From NCBI GenBank assembly GCA_964106915.2, contig OZ066914.1: a DNA stretch of 64,000 nucleotides; one strand, written 5' to 3'. Shown here in pieces: positions 1-11,936 of this stretch. Every line of letters begins with the position of its first letter. Positions within the stretch are counted from its first letter, which is position 1. The notes below the pieces were generated by a model, which saw nothing but the letters and a program-made list of their open reading frames with translations, was not told the DNA's origin and made no database searches. Source of the DNA: Podarcis gaigeae (taxonomy: Eukaryota). Position numbers and translations under genes: made by a program.

Positions 1-630
1 AGGAGGAGAGTTGCATCTGTGCTGTGTCAACTTTTTTTCCCCACTGTCAAAATTGGTGGGCTCTTGGGAGGCCAGAAAAAATTGCCTGTAGGCTGGGTGA
101 GGCCCATAAACTGAGGACTAGCTACCCCAGTACAATGCTTTGTAAACATGTGAAGGCCCAAGGAAGAAACAAAAACAAAAAATGGGTTCCCTTTTTTTCT
201 TCCTCCACCACCCCTTCACATCTCTATAGCATTCCTGTTACCTACTTGTTTTAATAGGAACCATGCCAACATAGTAATTATTCTAGAGTTACCCAATGAT
301 CCTTAGGCTATCAAAGCATCATACAGATGTCAGGCACTCAACAGCATCCCTCCCCCCCCCAAGAAGAATTTTTTACCCACACCCTGTTCACCACTATTCA
401 TTACTCTTTCATACCACACAGCTAAGGACACCTACACTTCTCTCAGATTATATACTTTCCAGCTACAGCATTCCTGCCCTTCACAAAACAAGTTTGAATA
501 CCTCTACTATTCTACAGCATACCATTCTTATGTCATATATACACACCCACCATACAAACATGGCATACCCACTTATAACCCGCTATCACCATCCTAAGCC
601 AACAAAACACTGGACTGAAACTGAACTCAC

Positions 631-692
631 CTACAAGTGTGAACATGTCTGAAATCATACTAGCTTTAATCTTCAGGTCCAAAGGAGCATCA
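631..692 (-). CDS. TTLL5: TTLL5 exon 14 (CDAPLDLKIKASMISDMFTLVG)
   Basis: 62 nt, tatag| acceptor, |GTGAGT donor, frame continuous with exon 13. Confidence 0.95.
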
Positions 693-850
693 CTATACAA
701 CAAGAAACAGAAAAGGCAAGTAGTTAATGGTATCTCCAGTTAGAGCCTTTCCTCTAAAACATAGTATAAAGTAGTTATTCAGTTGTAGCCATCAAGAGTA
801 TTCAACAGATGGTAGTCATTTCAAATTCCATCTTTCTCAATAACTCCTTA

Positions 851-1000
<150 letters not shown>

Positions 1001-1586
1001 TCATAACAAGGGACTGTGTATTTCACCACATGAGAAATGTGGTGATGCTTGCTCATTTCTTTAAAAGTGTGATACAGATTACCATGGCCAGTTTTGAATA
1101 TTCTGTGGCCACAGTTGCTCCACCTTTAAGATACTGGCTCTTGCTTTGGAATGAAGATGTACTGGTGCTATATTTTGTCACTGCTTCCTGGTTCTTTGTT
1201 TTTAGAAATATACAAGTCCAGTCCCACAATAGAGGCATCTGCATGCTTTTGTCCAGTTAAAGTTCAGGAAAAGCCCTAATGAAATAGAAAGCTTCAAAAA
1301 GGGAATGCAAAACAATGGCCACAGAATAAAGGGGGTGGAAACAAGGCATGTCTTCCAGAACCCCATCTTTTCAGACATCAGAATCTAGTTTTTCTAAGCA
1401 TTTGCAAAATTAAGCGATCCAGACATCATTGCAGCCTACACCAATAAGTATGAGTTAGAAACGGGGGAAAGAGAGTCAAGAGAAGGAAATAAAGTTTACC
1501 CATGCTGCTCTTACAACCAATATCCCCCCCCCCCATTTTTTAGGCCTGCCACTGGTCATACCTTGTACCTTTAGAAAGGTTTTTAC

Positions 1587-1592
1587 GAGAGA

Positions 1593-1641
<49 letters not shown>
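1587..1641. repeat. (GA)n microsatellite
   Basis: Direct reading, one GATA interruption. Confidence 0.95.
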
Positions 1642-1643
<2 letters not shown>

Positions 1644-2134
1644 TATGAAGGGGGTAGTGGACCAGTGGGAACAATCCACCCCAAGATACAAATTTTCCTG
1701 ACAAATGCTCCTGCAACTTCAGTCAGTGGTCCTGTCAAGGTCCTAGGCTCTGCTTAGAATGAAGGGGTGATGGAAAGCAGACTGAACTAATTCCTCCCCC
1801 ATGCCTAGTTATAATGCTTTTTAGCTTGTGCAACTGAAAAGCAAAACAAAACACATAGATAAGCTACTTGGAGGTTTGAGGCCTAATGTGTACTCCCTGG
1901 CTGTTAAGGTTGGCGAGGACGAGGCTGGGCACATGGATTTCAGAGGTGCTGCAAACCTCTCCAAAGAAGAGTAGGGTGCCCACATGTCTAAGGGAGGTGG
2001 TTGTGAAGCCATTACTAAGTAAGTCAAAGTTAAGATTCTCTGGCTTGGAAAACTACTGCTCAGTCTTGATTTTCCATTTTGAGACAAGGGGGTGGAGCAG
2101 GGTGGTTCAACACCCTTGAGGTCTTTGGTGCATT

Positions 2135-2154
2135 CATGCGTGCATGCGCATGCA

Positions 2155-2187
<33 letters not shown>
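2135..2187. repeat. Alternating purine-pyrimidine tract ending in (CA)n
   Basis: CATGCGTGCATGCGCATGCACGCG then (CA)n. Confidence 0.9.
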
Positions 2188-2189
<2 letters not shown>

Positions 2190-2764
2190 GCTGCAGCCCT
2201 CACACTGGCTTCTCAAAGCCAGGTATGCAAAGTGCTGGGCTCTGGGAATGAGGTGTGAGGACTCTGACAGAGTCCTCAAGTCCTCCCACCTCCTTCCCAA
2301 AGCTTAGTTAGCGCTTTCCCAGCTTTGGGAAGGATGTCTGAGGGCTCTAGGGCCCTGCCAGAGCCTTCTGCCTCCTTCCCAAAGCCCTATGCCTCACTCA
2401 GCTGGCTTTGGGAAGACAGCTGGGGCATCAAATTTTGGCCTTGCTCTTCTCCCTCCCTGCAGGAAGGCTTCCATTGAATGCCCTTAGTTCTCACATCAAT
2501 GCAGGGGCGGGAAAAGGGTATATGCCTGCATATGCACACACCTATGCAAGACAGACACGGCTATAGGAATTTCTTACACTGAACTGTGAAGTGAAAAGAA
2601 GCCTGGAGAATGAAGCCTGGGGTAGGGGGTGGATGGATAAAAATGGACAGAGCCAAAATGGACAGGATCGAGGGAGAAGCTTCTGCAAGCAATCAGTTCT
2701 GACCTGTATGTTACTAAGGGAGAAAAGAGAGGAAAGCTGAATTGGACCTTGGAAGAGTGGGGGC

Positions 2765-2810
2765 GGAGAGGGAGAGGGAGAGAGGGAGGGAGAGGGGGAG
2801 AGAGAGGGGG

Positions 2811-2839
<29 letters not shown>
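2765..2839. repeat. Polypurine GGA/GA tract
   Basis: Direct reading. Confidence 0.9.
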
Positions 2840-2842
<3 letters not shown>

Positions 2843-3734
2843 CTATGCAATCCTGCAAGACTGCAAATGTTCCTGCTTTTGGATCTGGCCCCACCTACCA
2901 CCAGTGTGCAGCCCCCAACAAATTACCCCCCCAGAAATGCAGCCCTCAATAGAACAAAACCCTAGAATGTGAATACCAGAGCCTACTTTGTATCCCTTTG
3001 TATTTCTCCTAGTATTACACTTTCCTTTCAACCGCTGCAGAACGCTAGAAATATTTTTCTTTTCTCATAATAAACCCCCAGCTCCCATTATGGTTTCTTT
3101 ATGTTCTCTTTCTGCCCAGTCACATACACAAGCTGAACACAACACACTTGAGCTGTCATTCATACCTTGAGGAACACAGCCTTTTTGGCACATGTATTAA
3201 TACTTGTATTGATGTTCCCATGGGAAAAAAGCACACAAAGGAGGTCTTTATACTCTACAAACAGATGTTTGTATTACCCAATTCTTTTTTTCTGTGCACT
3301 GGAGTAAGAGGTCTTCAAATGCTCTGTGTTTTGAGTCCTCCTTCCATGGCTGTTACAAAACTCCAAATACTCAGGTTCTTTTCCCAAATTCAGTTTATTA
3401 GGGGGAAGTGCACCTTTTATTTGTCACAGCATGCAACAGATTGTTCACAATTCTCAGCAAGAGACTCGCTCTCTGGTAAAAAACAACTTCATAGTAACTG
3501 CAAAAAGTTGTCAACAGTAGCTGCACCCTTGTCCTCTAGACCCAGAGATAACTCATGTTTTAATATGTAATACAGCTATTTCCCCTTTTGCTAGAAGTCA
3601 GGCTTTCCTAAACTCAGTTGTTTTCTCCATATGCTTCATTATTCATTTCTTCATCACACTATTTCCTCCCCCCCCCCCCCATGGTTTTCTCCCCTTCTGA
3701 AGTTTTCATGTTTCTCTTTCTATTTCTACACCTA

Positions 3735-3788
3735 CATACACACACACACACACCACCACCACCACCACCACCACCACCACCACCACCT
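3735..3788. repeat. (CA)n-(CCA)n compound microsatellite
   Basis: Direct reading. Confidence 0.9.
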
Positions 3789-4770
3789 TTATTAGGCATT
3801 ATCATAACTGCTCCTTTGTATTTGAAAGGCATACCCAACACAGTGTCCTTCAGATGTTGCTGAACTCCTACTCCCATCAGTCCTAGTCAGCATGCTCAGT
3901 AATCAAGGATTATGGGAACTGGAGTCCAAAAGGACCTGGAGGACACGACACTGTCCTATCTCAGTATACATTGTTCTTCTAGCTTCATATCCACATAGTA
4001 AACTCTTTGGATCACAAGTTACAGCTTTGTATTTTTGAACTCGCACCACTATTCCCTAACATAAGGCCTATAGCAGGCACAATTTTTATAGAAAGATGCA
4101 TCATATTCAGATAGCGATCATAAAATGTTTGCTACCATTCTGGAGAACATCCCAGCTAATGCAAAGTACAGAGAGCAGTCGTGGAGTCCCAAGAAAAGGG
4201 ATAGTTAAGCACCGTTCAAGAAACCCAGGCACCTTCTCTACAGCTGCTTGACACAGCCAGGCTTCACAGTGTCGCTTTCCCTTTGTAAAGGGATTAAAGA
4301 AAGCAGATTGATTAAAGGACGGCAATGCTCTGGGATATCTCCTCTCATCCTGCAACATCAGCCCTGACTGCTCATATTGCACCACTGACGTTAAAGGGGG
4401 AAATGGAAGCAAACTGAAGATCATGTTTCCTCAGATGTTTTCCTAACATTCCACTTGTACCAGAATCTACAAACAACAAATGGCTATTTCACATTCACAG
4501 CCTTTCTCCATGGTTTGAAATGAGTTCAGAAGGCAACGTATTTTCCCCTGAGCTTCTTCTTGTTAGAGGAGCTCGCAAACTGACCTCCAAGATCCTTATG
4601 AGAAATATTTTGGGAGATCTTCTTCCCCTTAGCAAGTAATAATCCTGGTTGCCTCGAGAAGTACCATGTGCAATAAGGAGAGTGAGGGAAATCAGTACTA
4701 ACACTTGTCCTTATACAAATACTGAAACCCAAATTTCAAAGATTCTATATTTATTTCTCTGTAACATCTA

Positions 4771-5152
4771 CTGTATTTTTCACACCATAGGGCGCACTGG
4801 ACCATACAGCGCACCTAGTTTTTAGACGGGAAAATCAATAAAAAAAATCTTCCCCCCCCCCAGCCCCAAAGAGCAACGTACAGGCTGCGCACAACCAGGC
4901 TGGAACAAGCCAAGGCAGCAAGCAGAATGGATCCCGCTGGCTGCTTTGGCTTCCTCTTTAGCCCCGCGCAATCCCTCCCTGCCGGGAGAGGCTGCGCAGG
5001 GCTAAAGAAGCCATAGCCCCATGCAGCCTCTCCATGCCAGAGGGGTTGCGCGCGGCTATGGCACAAGCCTGCATTCGCTCCATAAGACGCATACACATTT
5101 CCCCTCAATTTTTGGAGAGGAAAAACTGCGTCCAATGGAGCGAAAAATACGG
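4771..5152. mobile_element. Mariner/pogo-type non-autonomous element, TIR C(C/T)GTATTTTTC
   Basis: TA|CTGTATTTTTCACACCATAGG...ATGGAGCGAAAAATACGG; GC-rich interior. Confidence 0.82.
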
Positions 5153-5379
5153 TGAATCAGGAGAATAGTGCATATCCTAAACTGGTGCCTGGATGCAGTC
5201 ATGGGCTGGATGAGGGCTAGTGAAGTGCAACTGAATCATGACAAGACTTGAGACCCTCTAGATGGGTGTTTCCCAGATGCAGGAATTGGGTTGCGTACCA
5301 GCTCTGGATAGAATAGAATTTTCTCTGAAACAGCAGGCATATAGTTTTGTTCTGTTCCTGGGTACATCGTTGGTTGGTG

Positions 5380-6212
5380 CCCCAACTACAAAGTCAAGAG
5401 ACGCCAATCCCCCCCCCCCCCAATATTTGTGAGTTATTTAAAATCACATTATTAGAAGCACAGCTGGAATATATACCAGGAAAAGTACTATCAAGCCAGT
5501 AGGTTGCCAGCGTGCTTCACAAGTAGAGTTAAGAAGCTGTTAAGAGATAAAAATGACACTCATGTCCAAATAAGAGCTAAAGGGAACACAAACTTTGGCT
5601 ACAGAAGTGCAAAAAGGCAATAACAGATGATAAAAAAGAATCAGGGGAGCACATTGCTAAAAATAAATAAACCCAAGAAAATAATTTAAATACATTGAGC
5701 AGCATGAGACAGGCTAGTGAGGCAGTTGGACCTTTAGATTACAGAAGTCAAGGGTATGCTAAAGATCCCTCTGCAGAGACTGTGGAGAACCTGAACGAAT
5801 TTGTTGTATCTGTCTTCACAGTGGTAGAACATTGGGCCATCCAATGATGTTGAATGTTGGAAGATACAGGACAGACAAAAGAAATAACTTCTTCACATAA
5901 CACATAATTAATCTATGGAGTTCACTCTCACAAGTGATGGTCACCAACTTGGACAGCTTTAGAAGAGGATTAGACACATTCATAAAGGATAAGGCTATCA
6001 TTGGCTACTAGCCATGACAGCTATGTTCCTCTTTCACTGTCGGAGACAGTATGCTCTTAAACCAGTTGCTGGAAACCACTGGAGGAGAGACTGCTCTTAC
6101 TTTCAGGTCCTACTTGTTTGCTTCCCACAGACATCTGGTTGGCCACTGTGAGAACAGGATGCTGGACTAGAGAGGACACCGGTCCAATTCAACAGGCTTT
6201 CTTGTGTTCTCG
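5380..6212 (+). mobile_element. Degraded CR1 LINE (EN-RT linker remnant fused to 3' end)
   Basis: Decayed KYI.S...ASEAVGPLD...EKLNEF..SVFT-like coding at 5680-5825, then typical CR1 3' end (GGACAGACAAAAGAAA...GGTTGGCCACTGTGAGAACAGGATGCTGGACTAG). Confidence 0.75.
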
Positions 6213-8349
6213 TACATGTTGGGCTACAACTCCCATCACCCTGGATACACTGGCTAGGGTTGATAGGAATTACCATCCAAAACATCTGGAGGGCACCAGG
6301 TTGGGGAAGGCTACCTTAGCCTGTGAGAAAACTGTGTAGGGCATTCAAAGTCTTGAAAGCACTTTTGGTCTTTTCAGGGCTCAGAGCAACATCTACTCCA
6401 ACTCTAGCGTGGCAAAAAAGGACCACACAATAAAAGCTCTCTCTACACACACACCTTTTTGCCTGACATAGAATAAATTAAACATTGAGTTTCTCTGCAG
6501 ATTAAGGGGCCAAGACTTTACATGGTTGCTCCCAATACTTTCTTTATGGTGGTTTTCAGGGGAAGAACATTGCAGTCATTTGTTCCATTCGCCACTTCAG
6601 CTTAAAAGAACATACATCATTCAATGAATAATTTCAGCAGTACGATCATGACACAACTTCATACTCTAATCTTTTACTGAACCACATGTGTTCTCTAATT
6701 TCCAAGACTGGAAAATGACAGCTTAGTTTAAGTAAGTACCATGGGGATATGATTGTATGTCTGTATTAAAACACCTTTAATGAATAAATAAATCAAATAC
6801 CTTTCCTTGCTCCCCCCTTCTCCCCAGTTATTATAGTCATATATTGAGCTCACTCTGCTTAACTAATAAATCTACTGTATGCAAAGGTTGTTGCATTTTT
6901 CTTGAACAACTACTAACCCCTAAGCCTCTGCATGTTCTTTTATCGCTTTGACAAAGAACAAATGGGTTACAATTCAGCAATGTAAAACAATTTCTCAGTG
7001 TTTATGGTCTCATTCGAGCTTTAAAAGACTTCTGGTGTTCAGTCCCCCATTTCTTTCTTTCCTGCTCAAAAACTAACATTCTCTGGGTAGTTTATAGTGC
7101 TACATTACCTATATCAGTGATTATGAGAGTGATATACGGGACTGTGATAGGATTATACTTGCGCCAGACCTATGCTGTGGGTGCAGCAGTGGCGAATGAG
7201 TCAGAAAATGAACTTAGTGCCTTCTCACCATCTCTTCCCTTTTCCCCCTAGGGAAAAATTTCAGTGCTTCAAAGCAGGACTCAATATATGCCATAATGGG
7301 GCTTTTCGATGCCCACCCAGAAGCAGACTCCAGAAGTCAAAACAATGAAACCTTTAATAGGCCTGGACCGGAATATACCAGTCTCCTGCCGCCTCCTCCT
7401 GCTGAATCACTACTGTAATGGTCTGCTTGGAGTGCTGAAAGCTCCCACTCTCCCTTGTTTAACTCATAGATGCCTCTGTAACCCTCCAGAAGTTGTACAA
7501 ATGGGAATAAGCTAGTTCTGCCAAGCAAAAAAATAATAATGCTTTTTGATCATCTCCCAAGACTATATTTACCACATTAAGGGGCATGATCCTATATGAA
7601 GTTGGTTTATTCCAACTCCCACTTGCCAGTTGTCCTTTTTTCCTCAAAATGCAGAACCTCTTTCCACTCAATGCAGATGCTAAACACAGCTTTCACATTA
7701 GAATACAACGCAGTGGCATTTTCCAGACTACCTGCCAAATTAATGCCTGGTCAGGATGTATACATAATACCTGCAATCTCCAGGGAGGCTACAGCCAGAC
7801 CACCTAGGGCTGCAATTTAAGTTGTATCTCCCAATGTCAAGCTGGTTAGCGTTTACAAGGGGAAATAACCCTCACTGAAGATAAAAATACATTATACTAA
7901 TTGAGGTTACTTTGGCTTTCCTCCCCCTGTTCAAAGCTTAACTCTGTATGATGAGAGACTACAGTGTGCCTCAAGATTCAAGGATTAATAGATATAGAGT
8001 CCAAGGCATTTGGGAGGCAAATCAAGCAAATATTACTAGCCAAATAGGAATATTTCGTCCCCATGTTTTCATTTTAAGATTTGTGGAGAAATCTCCTACT
8101 TGGGTTAATTTAGGACCCTAAATTCATGTGCAACCACTTCTAGGTGTTTGAAAATAAAACAGAAGATTCCAAAGCAACTCTGTACAAGCTCCAAATCAGA
8201 AGATGTGCATATTGCAAGGTCTGGTAGATGCAGAATGAGATAAGAGAGGAAGAATCCTGGGTAGCATAATTCACAAAAGAGTGGAAAGGAGCTAGAGAGG
8301 ACAGGACAGGACTGGCATTGCAGATAACCAGCAAATAATTATTCAATTA

Positions 8350-8595
8350 CAGTCAAACCTCGGTTGCTGAACGTAATCTGTTCCGGAAGTCCGTTCGACT
8401 TCCGAAACGTTCAACGACCGAGGATCAAAGGGCAGTCAGCAAAGTCAATGGAGAGAAAAAAGGGGGGGGGGATTCCTGGAAGCCATTTGGCTTCTGAAAA
8501 ACGTTCAAAAACTGGAGCATTTACTTTCGGGTTTTTGGTGTTTGGGAGCTGAAACGTTCCAAAACAGATCGGTTTAGGGAACCAAGGTTTGACTG
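8350..8595. mobile_element. Tc1/mariner-pogo type MITE, TIR CAGTCAAACCT
   Basis: TA|CAGTCAAACCTCGGTT...AACCAAGGTTTGACTG. Confidence 0.85.
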
Positions 8596-9104
8596 ATCAC
8601 AGGAAAAAGTAAAAATGGAAAATACTGTTTGAAAAGCTGGAATCACCAAACGGTAACTAGGAATCCTATAGTTTTGGTTCTCTATTCAACAACTACAGCG
8701 GACATGCGTAATTTGCCACTGGATGCAGTAATCAACATTGTGATAAAACATGTGAACTGTAATTAAAACGATACGTTTCTGCCCATCTGTAAAAAGAATT
8801 TATGCAAGCAATGCCTGCTGCAATCTCTGAGGGAAAGTCTGAATAGGCACCCCTGGTGGTCATAGAATTTGTAGGCAGGTCCTGCATAGAACCCTCCACC
8901 TGGCCCCATGACTTATAGAAGCAAAAATGAACTATGCAAACTAAGGATTTATGCACATTGTTTAATATGCCTTGGTTTAGGCAGTTTGCACGTTTAAAAT
9001 ATTCTTGGCACTGAACAGAGTCACTTTCAAATGCCGCTATTTGTTTTATAGTGCATGCTCCAAACCACAGCTGTTACACTAGAGAGCTGAATATACACAC
9101 CATT

Positions 9105-9203
9105 TCATAGAATCATAGAGTTGGAAGTGAAGCCCAAGGGTCATCTAGTCCAACCCCCTGCAATGCAGGAATCTCAGCTAAAGCATCCATGACAGATGGT
9201 CAT
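9105..9203 (-). mobile_element. CR1-type 3' tail fragment
   Basis: CATAGAATCATAGAGTTGGAAG...GTCATCTAGTCCAACCCCCTGCAATGCAGGAATCTCAGCTA. Confidence 0.78.
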
Positions 9204-11800
9204 GGATTCTTTATCAAAAAAGTGGAAAAGGTTCATCACCTGCCTCTACAATGTTTGTGCAAATGATATGAAAAGTTGTGAATGTTACTTTTGTAAGCTG
9301 TGCTTAATGTGCTTAACAAGCTTGTTTAGCCTTGGAAAAAAGACACCTCACATGCAATTATTAGTAGTCCTAGGACAGCAGTGGGGAACCTCTGGCCTGT
9401 GGGTCTACATAGGCCCACCAAGCCTGCCCATTTCAGCCAAGCAAAGGCTGCAAACAGTGCCAAATTCAAGCAAAAGAACTTCCCTCTGCAGCCAAAGTTT
9501 TACCTTTGGGTTGGCACTGTTTGATTTGGGCAACGTACCTGCCAAAGGCAGCATGACAGGGTATCAGAGACACTCAGAAGCAAGTGATTACTCCCAAGCA
9601 TATCCGACCTCTTTTGAAAGCAGCACAATAGTCAAATTCAAACAGCACCAAAGGTAAAGTCTTGGCTGCAAAAAACCAATGTGGCCTACAGAAGTTTGGC
9701 AAATTTTGGCTCCAGGCCTCTAGACCAAAGTGGTTCCACACCATTATCCTAGAACCACAAACTCCTTGTGAGCAACTTCCTAATGGAGGAACTGGACAAC
9801 TCAGAAGGCTGATGGTGAACCTCAATCCCTGTATGAGACATTGGCTAGTAAACAAGACTGGCCGCAAGCATTCTGATATCTGAGGCAGATACCAAAACAG
9901 CAAATTGCACCACTGTCTTGGATGCTGGAATCACTGGTGCTGGCTTTCCCCATTCATTCATCCACACTGCCCATGGAGTTTTTATTCCTGTTTCCATAAA
10001 CCCCAACACACATTCCACACTCTGCAACACGATTCTGACTTCTGATTAGCTGCTGTTTCATCATGAATCCACCTTTCTTCTTTAGCAGCAAGGGACCCCT
10101 GGACTCCTTGCCCACACACTCCTGCTGACACTAAGATCCCATGAATGAGGCTTAGTACTGCTTTACACCTTTCTTCTCCGAGGGAGAGGGCAAAAGCCCA
10201 TGCACATCAGCTACTGCAGCAAGAAGGTTGCTCCCTATTCTCCAGATTTGGTTATGAGTTCCAATTAGCAAAGCATACAGGACCAGTAGCTGTCACAGCA
10301 CTTGGTATTGCTCATACTCTGTTCCAGCTCTTCTGGGACCTACCACCACCCAACTTTAATCAAGTCTGTACTTTTAATGTAATTGATATAGTAACTATAG
10401 TTACTATATGATTGACCCCAGCTACAAAAGCTTCACAGCTCTAGTATCTATATCCTGAGCTAGAGGGTTCTTCACTTTTAGTCTAGTAGGCCTGAGCAGC
10501 CTTAATAAATAGGGAATGAAATGCTTCTGGGTTCTACAATTCCCAGCTCTGCAGCGTCTGTCCTGTATTTACGCATAAGGCTGCAGGAAGCAATAGGTTG
10601 CTGCCAAGGGGAAGGTTGAGAAACAGGTACTAGAAAGTGGGAGAAGGCACAAACTGGTACCATCCGTTGCTTTTTTGGAAACATTCCCAGGTTTCTTGCC
10701 AGCAAGTCTTCCAATCTTTGCCAGCACATAACTCCAATCAAAAGCGCTGCCAGAGGTGAGCTCTATCGCCGCCATGTGGTATGACCATCCAAACACAAGC
10801 CCAGAAAAAACCCAAACGAAATCAACACATTTTCCCTCAAAAATTCTAAATTTGTGAAAGAGGCACGCTTGTGAGGTGCAAGCATTCTGTGAATTTTCAC
10901 TTAGTCAATTTTACATCATAAGGACATTTCCCAGTTTTTATGGACGACAGATAGTGCAATTCACACCTTTGCAGCTACCATCAGTGGATTTATCCTAGCC
11001 TGACAATAGTGAGGTTCAGGTGCTGGATAAAATTTAATGGTGGAAAAAGAAGTTAGTGATTCAAAAGCTATCCACAGCATTGGGATGGATACCCTGAGAA
11101 TTCTAGGCACACCGTTCAGATGCAATTTATTCTTAGATCAGGATCTGAGCCAAGTGTACAGTGCTTCATAAGTTCTGAAGAGCTCCAAAAGGCTGTTTTC
11201 TCCAGTATTTAAAATATTGTGGGTAGTTCTGTTTGCCTTTGTACAAAAAATATTGCAAAGCTGGAGAAAACTGGGGGGGGGGGTTGTTAAGAAAGAAGAA
11301 CTAAAATCATTGGGGTAGTGTGTCATTATGAGAGAGGCCTAAGAAAGACAAGAACAAGGAGTGATATGGACATTGTACTGGAGAGTAATTTCAGCTTTTT
11401 CATTAATTTCAACTACAGCTCTGGGCTACCCAATGCAACTGATAGGCATTGTGGGATTCAGTGCTACAGACGGCTGCAACAACCACTAACCTAAATAGCT
11501 TTTAAAAGGATTTGACAAATACATGGAAGATCGCCATAATAATTGAAATACTCAAGACAGCGTATTTCTAATTATACTCAACAGGAGACAGCAATGACAA
11601 TTACACTCAGTTTCTGAGCTTCCAGGAGCATCTGGTTAGGCACTGGAGGAAAGTGAGTATTACAAATAGATGGATTGTTGATCTAATCCAGAAAGGAAAT
11701 ATGCTATGTTCTTACATTTGAGTTAATTATTTTAATAATTGAGATAAAATTGGGGCCAGGGTGGACAATGTACGGCTGGCTTTCAAATATTTGTCTTCAT

Positions 11801-11936
11801 CAGGCTTCTTCAACCTTGGCCCTCCAGATGTTTTTGGCCCACAACTCCCATGATCCCTAGCTAGCAGGACCAGTGGTCACGGATGGTGGGAACTGTAGTC
11901 TCAAAACATCTGGAGGGCCGAGGTTGAGGAAGCCTG
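11801..11936. mobile_element. Palindromic hAT-like MITE (CAGGCTTC...GAAGCCTG) flanked by GTCTTCAT direct repeats
   Basis: Near-perfect foldback; GTCTTCAT at 11793-11800 and 11938-11945. Older copies at about 3840-3945, 6214-6316, 39995-40120, 42970-43075, 50770-50875 and 54945-55080. Confidence 0.85.

Noticed and set aside
1476-3877. ORFs with SLSLSL, HTHTHT, poly-P or poly-G runs
   Set aside because: Translations of microsatellites
9196-9657. 153-aa plus-strand ORF containing YPTSFESS, loosely like a later TTLL5 exon (YPTFESS)
   Set aside because: Wrong strand and position for TTLL5, includes repeat fragments, and the similarity is too short
10569-10796. Minus-strand ORF with ATGGCGGCG start (possible internal first exon)
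   Set aside because: No CpG island, no good donor, no recognisable protein similarity
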